IMG/VR virus record: IMGVR_UViG_3300042895_000198
Span: 53,605 to 73,604 of that record
Reading direction: 5' to 3' (one strand)
Length of the DNA stretch: 20,000 nt
Source of the DNA: an uncultured virus (IMG/VR IMGVR_UViG_3300042895_000198)
Taxonomy: Duplodnaviria; Heunggongvirae; Uroviricota; Caudoviricetes
Shown one piece after another: positions 1 to 7,535 of this stretch. Under the pieces are notes generated by a model. The model ran no database searches. It was not told the DNA's origin and was given only the letters and a program-made list of their open reading frames with translations. Made by a program: the position numbers and the translations under genes. Position 1 is the first letter of the stretch; the number at the start of each line of letters is the position of its first letter.

Positions 1-1362
1 GAGATTGAAGAAGAAAGTCATCAATCTAAGACTACAATGAAACACATTCCAAATCCAACACCTGCACAAAAACAAGCAGCTAAAGATATTAAACCCGGCG
101 TTGGCGGTTATCGTGACCGTATTGATATGCTTAAAAGTGCCGGCGTTAAAGAGGAAGTTGAAGCAATCGATGAAGTTAAGATGGCTGATTTGCCATCAAC
201 TAAAGTTCAAGGTCGTGCATATGGTTCATCTAAACCAGAAGCAAGTGCATTTGATGTACTAAAAGGACCAAAAGATAAAGAATTGAAATCTATTGAGTCT
301 GAGAAGAAGAAAAAGAAAATGTCTGAAATGGTTGCCACATATAAAGATGGCGGCATGAAGGCATTCTTTGAGTCTATTGAGAAAGAGGAAATGATTTCTG
401 AAGAACCTGATTCTGCTCAATTTGCAAAAGAATTGGAAGACCAAAAGAAACGTGCAGCTGGTACTAAACCACAAGCTGAAGTTGCTAAACCATCCGTTCA
501 AGCAGTTCAACAAGAAAGAATTGAAATTACCGATGAAATGATTTTTGAAGTTCTTGAAAATGCTGGTATTGATTTTGAATCATTGAGTGATGATGAATTG
601 CAAATAGCTGCAAATGAGGCATATGAAGTTCTTCATGAAATTTCAACAAAGACTTTAGCTAAAGCCGCTAGTGCTGCTTCTGACCCTGATGCAGACTATC
701 ATTATGGTAAGTCACACGACCCGCAAAAGTTTGCAGACCATGCTAAAAAGACTAAAGATGCAAAATCAGCAGCTGCTGTTCAAGGTGCCGCTGATGCGAA
801 AGGCCACTATACAAGACCAGGGCATAGTCTTGGGTCCTATGATAAACTTGCACACAGAACTCCTGCTCGTGTGACTGGTGTTGGAAAAGCAAATAAACAA
901 GATGTTAACAAATTAAAAAAGAGTATAAGTCTAAATGCTGAAGCAACTGAACAAGACATTTACGTTATCGATGCAGATTTGGCTAATGGTGTAGATGCTG
1001 TTAACATTGAAGAACGTACATTGACTGCCGGTGAGACAAAGAAGAAAGAAGAAATTGTTAAATCTATGAAAAAAGGTTTGGCAGGTTTCAAAGAGCGTTA
1101 TGGTGACCGTGCTAAGAATGTCATGTATGCAACCGCCACTAAAAATGCCATGAAAGAAGAAAAAGAAGACCATCATCAAAAAGGTTACGACCATGTGCGT
1201 GAGCCTATTTCTGATGAACCATATCTCGATAATGCTCGTGTAAGATTTAACGAATTAAAAAAACAAAATCCTCATAAAAAAGGATCTCAAGAGCACAAAG
1301 ATTGGCATTCTGGAGCATCAGCTGCATATGAAGAACATAAAGACATATTAAGAGGCAAATAA
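1..1362 (+). CDS. Large Lys/Glu-rich modular protein, probable internal head (core) polyprotein; 5' end lies outside the window
   Basis: Frame is open from base 1 (EIEEESHQSKTT before the Met at 37). Basic modules alternate with acidic linkers ending in [ILV]-x-E (IEE, IDE, ISE, LHE, IEE), as at T4 gp21 protease sites. Confidence 0.6.
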   Translation, partial: EIEEESHQSKTTMKHIPNPTPAQKQAAKDIKPGVGGYRDRIDMLKSAGVKEEVEAIDEVKMADLPSTKVQGRAYGSSKPEASAFDVLKGPKDKELKSIESEKKKKKMSEMVATYKDGGMKAFFESIEKEEMISEEPDSAQFAKELEDQKKRAAGTKPQAEVAKPSVQAVQQERIEITDEMIFEVLENAGIDFESLSDDELQIAANEAYEVLHEISTKTLAKAASAASDPDADYHYGKSHDPQKFADHAKKTKDAKSAAAVQGAADAKGHYTRPGHSLGSYDKLAHRTPARVTGVGKANKQDVNKLKKSISLNAEATEQDIYVIDADLANGVDAVNIEERTLTAGETKKKEEIVKSMKKGLAGFKERYGDRAKNVMYATATKNAMKEEKEDHHQKGYDHVREPISDEPYLDNARVRFNELKKQNPHKKGSQEHKDWHSGASAAYEEHKDILRGK

Positions 1363-3360
1363 ATGAAAACGTGGTCTGAGTTTCTTACTTTACGTGAAAG
1401 GTGTTGGCCTGGTTACAAATCTGTGCCAGGTAAAAAAGCATATTCACCTGGTTCTTGCGTAAAAGAATCTCCTACTATTGAAGAAGATTTGCGTAAATGG
1501 TTTAGTAAAACGGATCCAAAAGGTGGTTGGAAAAGGATCAATAGTAAGGGTGAAGCAATTGGCCCTTGTGCAAGAGAACCTGGTGAACCTAAGCCTAAGT
1601 GTATGTCTAACGAAAAGAGAGCTTCTTTAAGTAAAAAAGAAAGAGCATCTGCCGTTGCGTCTAAAAGAAAACATGACCCTAATCCTGAAAGAAAGGGTCC
1701 ACCAATAAATGTGTCTAACTTTGGAAAAGGAAAGATAAGCGAAGATATGGAAAACTTAAACGAAAAAAATGTACCAACAAGTCCAGAAAAATGGGCTCAG
1801 GCAAAAGCACAGGCTAAATCTAAGTTTGATGTTTACCCTTCTGCTTATGCCAATGGTTGGGCTGCAAAGAAATATAAAGCAATGGGTGGCGGTTGGAAAT
1901 CAGTCAATGAAGTTAAAGAAGTTGGAGATGATCCAACTGGTGATATCCCACCTGATAATCTTGTAAGAAAAGGCACTAAGGTTGTTGCTAAGCAGACGCA
2001 ATTTGAAGAAACAGAGATGCTTGATGAACTATCTAACAATTTGTTATCTCGTTACAAATCTGCTGCTACTAAACAATCTTCAAGTCTTGGTAAAGAAATG
2101 CAATCTGATTCCAGTAAGACCAAAAAGAATACAGAACTACAGAACAAGAGGTTTTCAGGTACTATGAAAGCAACCACTAAACAATTTGCTAACGATATGA
2201 AAAACGAAGCTAAGGATCCTGGTGAATATGACCAAGAAGGTGACATGGCCATGACACAATTGCGTAGTATTATTTACCACGCACAAGAGTTGCATGACCA
2301 ATTAGATAAGGATGACAATCTTCCAGAGTGGGTTCAGTCTAAGATTACTTTAGCGCAAGATTATATGCAAACTGCCCATGATTACATGTACTCACAGAAG
2401 AATGTAACAGAAGAAGTTGAATTGACTGAAGGTCGTCCATCACAACGCCATCCATTGGAAGGCCATGAGTATCACAAAAAATCTGATGAGGCTTTGGTTC
2501 ACATTGCTAAAGATGCACATGCAGCCGCTGAAGCAATGAAGTCACACAATCCAACTGCTGAGAACAAGTATCGTGACCAAGCCAATGATTCTGCAACAGT
2601 AAGACACTATCGTAAGACACATGGTATGGCTGATTGGTACAAAAAGAAGTATGGTCACATAAATGAAAGTGATGCATACGATAAAGATGTTAAACCTTCT
2701 GATAAACCACATGATAAAGAAGCCGCTGCAAAGCGTGCTAAAATTGCCGCAGTAATGGCAAGAAAGAAAATGGCTAAAGAAGAAGTTGAACAATTGGATG
2801 AGTTGTCACCTAGTACCTTACAGAGTTACAAAGTTGCTGGCCACAAGAAGTATGATAGTATTAGAAATAATACTGATGCTGATTCGATGGCTAAGAAATC
2901 TAAATTGGAAAAAGGTATTAAAACTGCTCATGCCAAGCAATTTCCATCTAAACCTGCAGCACCTGCACCAAAGAAAGACCCTAATAGTCGTGGTTACGAA
3001 CAAGGTCGTTATATGGGCGACAGCGTTGAACATGATGAATCATTAATAGAGGGTGAAAGTTGGAAGGTAGATACAGGTTGGAAAAAATCTAAGTCGGATG
3101 AAGTTACAGATAAGTCTGGTGCAAAACATACAGCAATGTCTAGAGCAAAACATTTGGCCAAAATGGCTGCAAAGAAAAATGCCAATCCAACTAAGTCAAT
3201 GCGTGAAGATGCAGAACCTGTTGAGAAAGAACCTGAAGAAGCACCAAAGAAAAGTCGTAAGGCTCAAATTGTTAAAGATGCTAAGAAATCTAAAACCGCA
3301 TCAGCTGATAAGTTTCAATCGGAACCAGAATTAGGTTCCACTATCACTAAAAATTATTGA
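1363..3360 (+). CDS. Large modular internal head polyprotein with capsid-targeting-like N-terminus
   Basis: N-terminus MKTWSEFLTLRE resembles the T4 internal-protein CTS (MKTYQEFIAE). About 10 modules are separated by LRE/IEE/LNE/VNE/LDE/LTE/INE/LDE/LIE. Modules include CWPGYK..CVKE, DLRKWF..C..PKC, KFDVYPSAYANGW and LPEWVQSKITLAQDY. Confidence 0.65.
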   Translation: MKTWSEFLTLRERCWPGYKSVPGKKAYSPGSCVKESPTIEEDLRKWFSKTDPKGGWKRINSKGEAIGPCAREPGEPKPKCMSNEKRASLSKKERASAVASKRKHDPNPERKGPPINVSNFGKGKISEDMENLNEKNVPTSPEKWAQAKAQAKSKFDVYPSAYANGWAAKKYKAMGGGWKSVNEVKEVGDDPTGDIPPDNLVRKGTKVVAKQTQFEETEMLDELSNNLLSRYKSAATKQSSSLGKEMQSDSSKTKKNTELQNKRFSGTMKATTKQFANDMKNEAKDPGEYDQEGDMAMTQLRSIIYHAQELHDQLDKDDNLPEWVQSKITLAQDYMQTAHDYMYSQKNVTEEVELTEGRPSQRHPLEGHEYHKKSDEALVHIAKDAHAAAEAMKSHNPTAENKYRDQANDSATVRHYRKTHGMADWYKKKYGHINESDAYDKDVKPSDKPHDKEAAAKRAKIAAVMARKKMAKEEVEQLDELSPSTLQSYKVAGHKKYDSIRNNTDADSMAKKSKLEKGIKTAHAKQFPSKPAAPAPKKDPNSRGYEQGRYMGDSVEHDESLIEGESWKVDTGWKKSKSDEVTDKSGAKHTAMSRAKHLAKMAAKKNANPTKSMREDAEPVEKEPEEAPKKSRKAQIVKDAKKSKTASADKFQSEPELGSTITKNY

Positions 3361-3372
3361 GTGGTTGACAGG

Positions 3373-3380
3373 TATAAATA
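3373..3380 (+). promoter_or_regulatory. T4-type late promoter (gp55 sigma consensus TATAAATA)
   Basis: Exact TATAAATA in the intergenic gap, about 30 nt upstream of RBS AGGAGA (3401-3406) and ATG 3412. Confidence 0.75.
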
Positions 3381-3411
3381 AACAATCAAATCAGACAAAT
3401 AGGAGAACAAT

Positions 3412-3765
3412 ATGTCTTTATGGGGAAATTTAGATGCCGCTAACAATGCGCCAAAGTTTGCTGGCACTGGCGGTATCGGCTTAACAGCCAACACACAACA
3501 ATTATTTTCAAACACAACATTTGCTACAACAAGCACTTCTTTAGGTATAGCAGGCCAAGCAACTGGTGTCTTTGGCATTAGTGTTACAGAAACAGCCAAC
3601 ACAGGCGGCGGCAGAGCCAACACAGCTGGCGCTCATGCTGGTTGGGTAATGCGTAAAGAAGGCACTGGCGGTCGTGCTGGTCGTATTCAAACAGAAACAT
3701 TGGTTGCTATGGGCTCAATGACTGGTGACTTTGCAACTGCAAACACCACTTATCCAGGTATCTAA
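3412..3765 (+). CDS. Small Gly/Thr/Ala-rich probable virion structural protein
   Basis: Strong RBS and upstream late promoter. The MSLWG..D start and HAGWV...GGRAGR.Q.ETLVAM end are a pattern I recognise from T4-like phage virion proteins. Confidence 0.6.
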   Translation: MSLWGNLDAANNAPKFAGTGGIGLTANTQQLFSNTTFATTSTSLGIAGQATGVFGISVTETANTGGGRANTAGAHAGWVMRKEGTGGRAGRIQTETLVAMGSMTGDFATANTTYPGI

Positions 3766-4142
3766 TGCGATTCTCTGAATATATCCGTGAGATGGAAATT
3801 GGTGCGGTCTCAGGGCCTGCACCAACACCAGCACTCATGGATACAAATTTAGATAGTCTGAATAAGCGTTTGGATTATGATACTGATGAAAAGTTTTTAT
3901 CTCCTGAGTCTGGTATACAAAGGATTCGTAGAGTGTTGCACTTGTATGGTTATGACATGCCAGCACTTTACGATGCCGATCCAGAAGGAGATGAGGTGGT
4001 ACTCGACCTAGATACGGATTTAGGCGTGTACATTTTATATACTCTCACCGATGATAATGATTATGAGTTTTATGCTGAGATTGGCCATGAAAGTCGTATG
4101 CAAGAGCTTTTATCGGATGAGGGAGAACCAGAAGAAGAATAA
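3765..4142 (+). CDS. Acidic hypothetical protein with CTS-like N-terminus (MRFSEYIRE)
   Basis: TAATG stop/start coupling to the upstream gene; very acidic; N-terminus ends in I-x-E. Confidence 0.6.
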   Translation: MRFSEYIREMEIGAVSGPAPTPALMDTNLDSLNKRLDYDTDEKFLSPESGIQRIRRVLHLYGYDMPALYDADPEGDEVVLDLDTDLGVYILYTLTDDNDYEFYAEIGHESRMQELLSDEGEPEEE

Positions 4143-4535
4143 ATGTCCTTTGATGATTTGACAAATGAAAATATAATGATGTATGCAATGAAAGCTTATG
4201 ATAGGCCTAATTGTATAATGAGTGAGTTTAAAGACGATTTAAAACGATTTAATTACCTAAAGAGATTATTCCTTAGGTACCGTAAATATGATGAAATGAG
4301 AGAACAACTGGTAATAAACCATCTAGTCGTTCTCTATAACGTTTTTGGACCAGAAGTTGCAACAAGAATGTTGTTTTTCAAAATGTCAAAAGAAGACTAT
4401 TCGGCACTTAAAACATACTTGATATTTTTAAGTATTATGCCAGATAGAGTGAAAGGTATTAAAGGACATGATATCATATCTTCGGAGATTCCTGTAGACC
4501 AAAAAGTTGTGGATGTATTAAGGGATATCAAATGA
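4143..4535 (+). CDS. Conserved hypothetical protein of T4-like phages
   Basis: Directly abuts the previous stop. Pattern F.DL..EN...YAMK.YD.P.C....EF.DDLKRF.Y.KRL...NH..VLYNVFG is familiar from T4-like phages; function unknown. Confidence 0.7.
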   Translation: MSFDDLTNENIMMYAMKAYDRPNCIMSEFKDDLKRFNYLKRLFLRYRKYDEMREQLVINHLVVLYNVFGPEVATRMLFFKMSKEDYSALKTYLIFLSIMPDRVKGIKGHDIISSEIPVDQKVVDVLRDIK

Positions 4536-4705
4536 AACCGGTTAAAGAAGATGTTGGTGCCGGTGTACCAACAAATAATGTAAGTGGCGGCCAAGTAGCC
4601 GCTCTTGGCGTTGGCCCACAAGGTGAACCTGGCGTTAAGAAGAAAAAGAAGGGTGTTCCTTCTTTCACAACATTCATTAAGAGAAAAGCGAATGTGGCTT
4701 CTTAA
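4532..4705 (+). CDS. 57-aa Gly-rich peptide with poly-Lys (MKPVKEDVGAGVPTNNVSGGQVAALGVGPQGEPGVKKKKK...), reminiscent of T4 gp61.1-type small proteins
   Basis: Below the ORF-track cutoff. ATGA overlap with the upstream stop, fills the gap exactly, and its stop lies inside the start of the next gene. Confidence 0.65.
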   Translation: MKPVKEDVGAGVPTNNVSGGQVAALGVGPQGEPGVKKKKKGVPSFTTFIKRKANVAS

Positions 4706-5147
4706 TTGGTTACCAAATTGGATATTCTATGCGATGGGGTTAATCGGTGTATTAACCTTGGTGGTTACATATTTCATTAAGTTCTTACCAATTCCATTCG
4801 TTTACATGTACAAAACTCCATTGCAGTTGTTATCGATTGCAATGATTGTTATTGGCACATTCATGGCTGGTGCAATATATGATAATGAAGCATGGCTTGC
4901 CCGTGTCAAAGAATTAGAAGCTCAGGTAGCTGAATCTGAAAAGAAATCTGTCGAGAAAAATGTAGAGATAGTAGAGAAGATTGTACATAAAGAAAAAGTC
5001 ATCAAAGAAAAAGGTGACGATATCATTAAGTATATTGACCGAGAAATAGTTAAAAAAGAAGAAGTTATTAAGTACATTGAAAACTGTCCAGTACCAAAGG
5101 ACATTATTGATGCACATAACGCAGCAGCTGCAATGGGTAAAAAATGA
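4692..5147 (+). CDS. Inner-membrane spanin (Rz-like, i-spanin)
   Basis: Start reassigned to ATG 4692 (MWLLNWLP). Two N-terminal hydrophobic helices, a long charged coiled-coil and C-terminal CPVP...HNAAA. Overlaps a downstream lipoprotein gene and lies near the endolysin. Confidence 0.7.
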   Translation: MWLLNWLPNWIFYAMGLIGVLTLVVTYFIKFLPIPFVYMYKTPLQLLSIAMIVIGTFMAGAIYDNEAWLARVKELEAQVAESEKKSVEKNVEIVEKIVHKEKVIKEKGDDIIKYIDREIVKKEEVIKYIENCPVPKDIIDAHNAAAAMGKK

Positions 5148-5410
5148 AAGCTGTTATATTAACTATTACTTTTTTGTTGTCTGGTTGCACTATGTTTGTT
5201 CCTGTCAAAAGGAATTTCCCCGAAGCACCTGTTACTTTAATGGTTAAATGTCCTCAGTTAGAAACTGTACAAGGTGATAAAGTTGCTATAACGGATATGT
5301 TGAAGACTATTGTTAACAACTACCGTTTATATTACGAATGCTCTAATCGTGTTGAAGGTTGGGGTGATTGGTACGTAGAACAAAAGAAAATATTCGATAG
5401 TGTTAAATAA
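5144..5410 (+). CDS. Outer-membrane spanin lipoprotein (Rz1-like, o-spanin)
   Basis: Lipobox LLSG-C, Pro-rich segment (VPVKRNFPEAP), two further Cys, ATGA overlap with the i-spanin. Confidence 0.7.
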   Translation: MKAVILTITFLLSGCTMFVPVKRNFPEAPVTLMVKCPQLETVQGDKVAITDMLKTIVNNYRLYYECSNRVEGWGDWYVEQKKIFDSVK

Positions 5411-5420
5411 AGGATAAGAT

Positions 5421-5684
5421 ATGAAACTAATAATTATTCCATTGAGCCTTCTATTGTTAGTTGGCTGCGCTAGTAAAGATTATGCAGTATATGTTGATGC
5501 TCAAAAGTCTATGTCTAAAGACCTAACAATCAGCGAGACCGCAAGACTTGCCGCTTTGACAGATATGGCAAAGAATTCCGATCCAGCAGTTCGTGCTACT
5601 GGTATCATGTTACTGCAACAACTACAACAAGGTAGTAAAACTGTCACAGTTGAACCACCTAAGAAGAATTGGTTAGGCCTTTAA
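5421..5684 (+). CDS. Small lipoprotein of unknown function
   Basis: RBS AAGGA; signal peptide with lipobox LLVG-C; located inside the lysis cluster. Confidence 0.7.
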   Translation: MKLIIIPLSLLLLVGCASKDYAVYVDAQKSMSKDLTISETARLAALTDMAKNSDPAVRATGIMLLQQLQQGSKTVTVEPPKKNWLGL

Positions 5685-5693
5685 GGATACAAA

Positions 5694-6317
5694 ATGGAAT
5701 TAACAGTACAACAATTAAAACAACTATTACCAAAGAATCCATATGTGGATCATTGGCACCATGCATTAGAACAGTTATTGCCTGACTATGAAATCAATAC
5801 ACCAGAACGTATTGCAGCCTTCATTGCTCAATGTGCTCATGAATCTGGTGGTTTCACGGCACTCAAAGAGAATTTGAATTACAAAGCCGCATCTTTACGT
5901 AAACTATTTCCAAAGTATTTCCCTGATGATGCAACAGCAAGCCACTATGCATCACTACCAAACAAACAAGAAGCAATTGCGAACCGCATCTATGCCAGTC
6001 GCATGGGTAATGGTGATGAGGCCTCTGGTGATGGTTATCGGTTCTGTGGTCGTGGTCTGATTCAATTGACCGGCCGTGATAACTATACATTTTTTGCAGG
6101 CAGCTTAGAAATTTCTGTAGAAGAAGCAACTGAGTATTTGGCCACATTTGAAGGTGCCGCTCAATCAGCATGCTGGTTCTGGGAAACAAACAAACTTAAT
6201 CAATGGGCAGACAAAGGTGATATTGTTACATTGACTAAGAGAATCAATGGCGGTACTATTGGACTTGAAGACCGTATCAAACATTATGAACACGCATTAC
6301 ATGTCTTAGGAGTTTAA
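5694..6317 (+). CDS. Endolysin, glycoside hydrolase family 19 (chitinase-like lysozyme)
   Basis: AAFIAQCAHESGGF..ENLNY, GRGLIQLTGRDNY, SACWFW and TKRINGG..GL.DR motifs; no signal peptide. Confidence 0.9.
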   Translation: MELTVQQLKQLLPKNPYVDHWHHALEQLLPDYEINTPERIAAFIAQCAHESGGFTALKENLNYKAASLRKLFPKYFPDDATASHYASLPNKQEAIANRIYASRMGNGDEASGDGYRFCGRGLIQLTGRDNYTFFAGSLEISVEEATEYLATFEGAAQSACWFWETNKLNQWADKGDIVTLTKRINGGTIGLEDRIKHYEHALHVLGV

Positions 6318-6318
6318 G

Positions 6319-6843
6319 ATGGCCAAAGAAGTTAAAGAAGTAAAGAAAAAAGACGAAGATTGGATGACCAAAAAGTGGCGTCCAATGATGGCGATGATGT
6401 ACATGGTATGCTGTCTTTTCGACTTTGCTTTATTTCCAATCATGTTCACAGTTGTTCAGTTCTGGGAAGTTCAGGCTGCTAATGATGCATTCAGACAATG
6501 GGTTCCAATTACATTGCAAGGCGGTGGATTGTTTCACGTTGCAATGGGTGCCGTATTAGGTGTTTCAGCATATGGTCGTACACAAGAAAAGGTTGCAGGT
6601 GCAGCAAATGTTTCAACCGGTTTACCAACAGGCGGAGTTTCAACACCTACACTATCTTCAGCAGTACCAATGCAAACCAGTTTTAACGCACCAATGCAGT
6701 CAAATGCTTACGCACCATCATTTGGCACACCAACAGGTTTCAACGGAACTTCACAACAAGATTTCAATCAACAACCAATCTCAGTAACAGTAGGCTTTGG
6801 CGGTAAAATGGCGCCACCAGCTGCACCTCAACCATTACTCTAA
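6319..6843 (+). CDS. Holin-like membrane protein (GTA '3TM holin'-like)
   Basis: Directly follows the endolysin. WRP motif before a hydrophobic helix, second helix ending LG...GRTQEK, long low-complexity P/S/T/Q tail. Confidence 0.6.
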   Translation: MAKEVKEVKKKDEDWMTKKWRPMMAMMYMVCCLFDFALFPIMFTVVQFWEVQAANDAFRQWVPITLQGGGLFHVAMGAVLGVSAYGRTQEKVAGAANVSTGLPTGGVSTPTLSSAVPMQTSFNAPMQSNAYAPSFGTPTGFNGTSQQDFNQQPISVTVGFGGKMAPPAAPQPLL

Positions 6844-6852
6844 GGAACTATT

Positions 6853-7062
6853 ATGAAAAAAATTATATTTGTAGCAGGTTTATGTTTGGCATTATCAGGT
6901 CAGGCAATGGCTGAAGGTGAGACAAAGAAAGTTTGCGTTGACGTTAAAGACAAAGCAGGTAAGGTTGTCAATGACGCCAAAACAGGTAAACCAAAACAGT
7001 CTTGCAAAGAAATGAAAGTCCATAAGAAGTTGGAAGGTACTAAAGTGCCTGAGAAGAAGTAA
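6853..7062 (+). CDS. Small exported Lys-rich protein with two Cys
   Basis: RBS AAGGA; Sec signal MKKIIFVAGLCLALSGQAMA with an AxA cleavage site; mature part about 49 aa with a potential disulfide. Confidence 0.7.
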   Translation: MKKIIFVAGLCLALSGQAMAEGETKKVCVDVKDKAGKVVNDAKTGKPKQSCKEMKVHKKLEGTKVPEKK

Positions 7063-7496
7063 TGTCTGACCAAGAGCTTGTTGACTTAAAGGTAGATGCT
7101 GGTGTTTTAAAGACCCAAGTATCGACAATAATCATCCTTTGTGATAAGATGGACAAAGTTATTGAAAAGTTAGCTAACGCTCAAGAAAAGATTGTCGAAC
7201 AAATTTATACCGATATGAGAAAACGAGAAGATGAAAAGGACGCTGATGTGAAAGAATTACATTCACGAATTACCACAATCAGCCGTGAGTTATCTGATAA
7301 GGTAGAATTAACTGAGCGTAGGATTATGGATGAAATCAAATGCCTACGCAACGACATTGCCGAACACAACAAGAAAGAAGATTCTGAACTGAAGAAGATT
7401 CTCGAATGGAAATGGATGGCTGCAGGTGGTATAGTGGCACTTGCGTGGTTGTTCTCACATGTTAACCTAGATATGCTCGGCAAATTAGTTAATTAA
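7062..7496 (+). CDS. Coiled-coil protein with C-terminal transmembrane helix
   Basis: TAATG coupling; heptad-rich charged body; hydrophobic C-terminus WKWMAAGGIVALAWLF. Confidence 0.7.
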   Translation: MSDQELVDLKVDAGVLKTQVSTIIILCDKMDKVIEKLANAQEKIVEQIYTDMRKREDEKDADVKELHSRITTISRELSDKVELTERRIMDEIKCLRNDIAEHNKKEDSELKKILEWKWMAAGGIVALAWLFSHVNLDMLGKLVN

Positions 7497-7498
7497 AC

Positions 7499-7527
7499 TT
7501 GACAAACACCTTCGAGTGTGTTATATT
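7499..7527 (+). promoter_or_regulatory. Sigma70-type promoter for the primase/nucleotide-metabolism operon
   Basis: TTGACA (7499-7504), 17 bp spacer, TATATT (7522-7527) with TG at the extended -10 position. Confidence 0.8.
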
Positions 7528-7535
7528 ATGAGTCT

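Noticed and set aside
3365..3380. TTGACA just upstream of TATAAA as a sigma70 promoter
   Set aside because: Only 2 bp separate them; TATAAATA is better explained as a T4 late promoter.
4605..4691. TTG-started N-terminal extension of the i-spanin in the ORF track
   Set aside because: Overlaps the better-supported 57-aa ORF in another frame; ATG 4692 gives a sensible membrane-anchored start.
7506..7519. ACAC-CTTCGA-GTGT mini-hairpin in the primase promoter spacer
   Set aside because: Only 4 bp, C-A mismatch closing the UUCG loop, no U tract; too weak to call.
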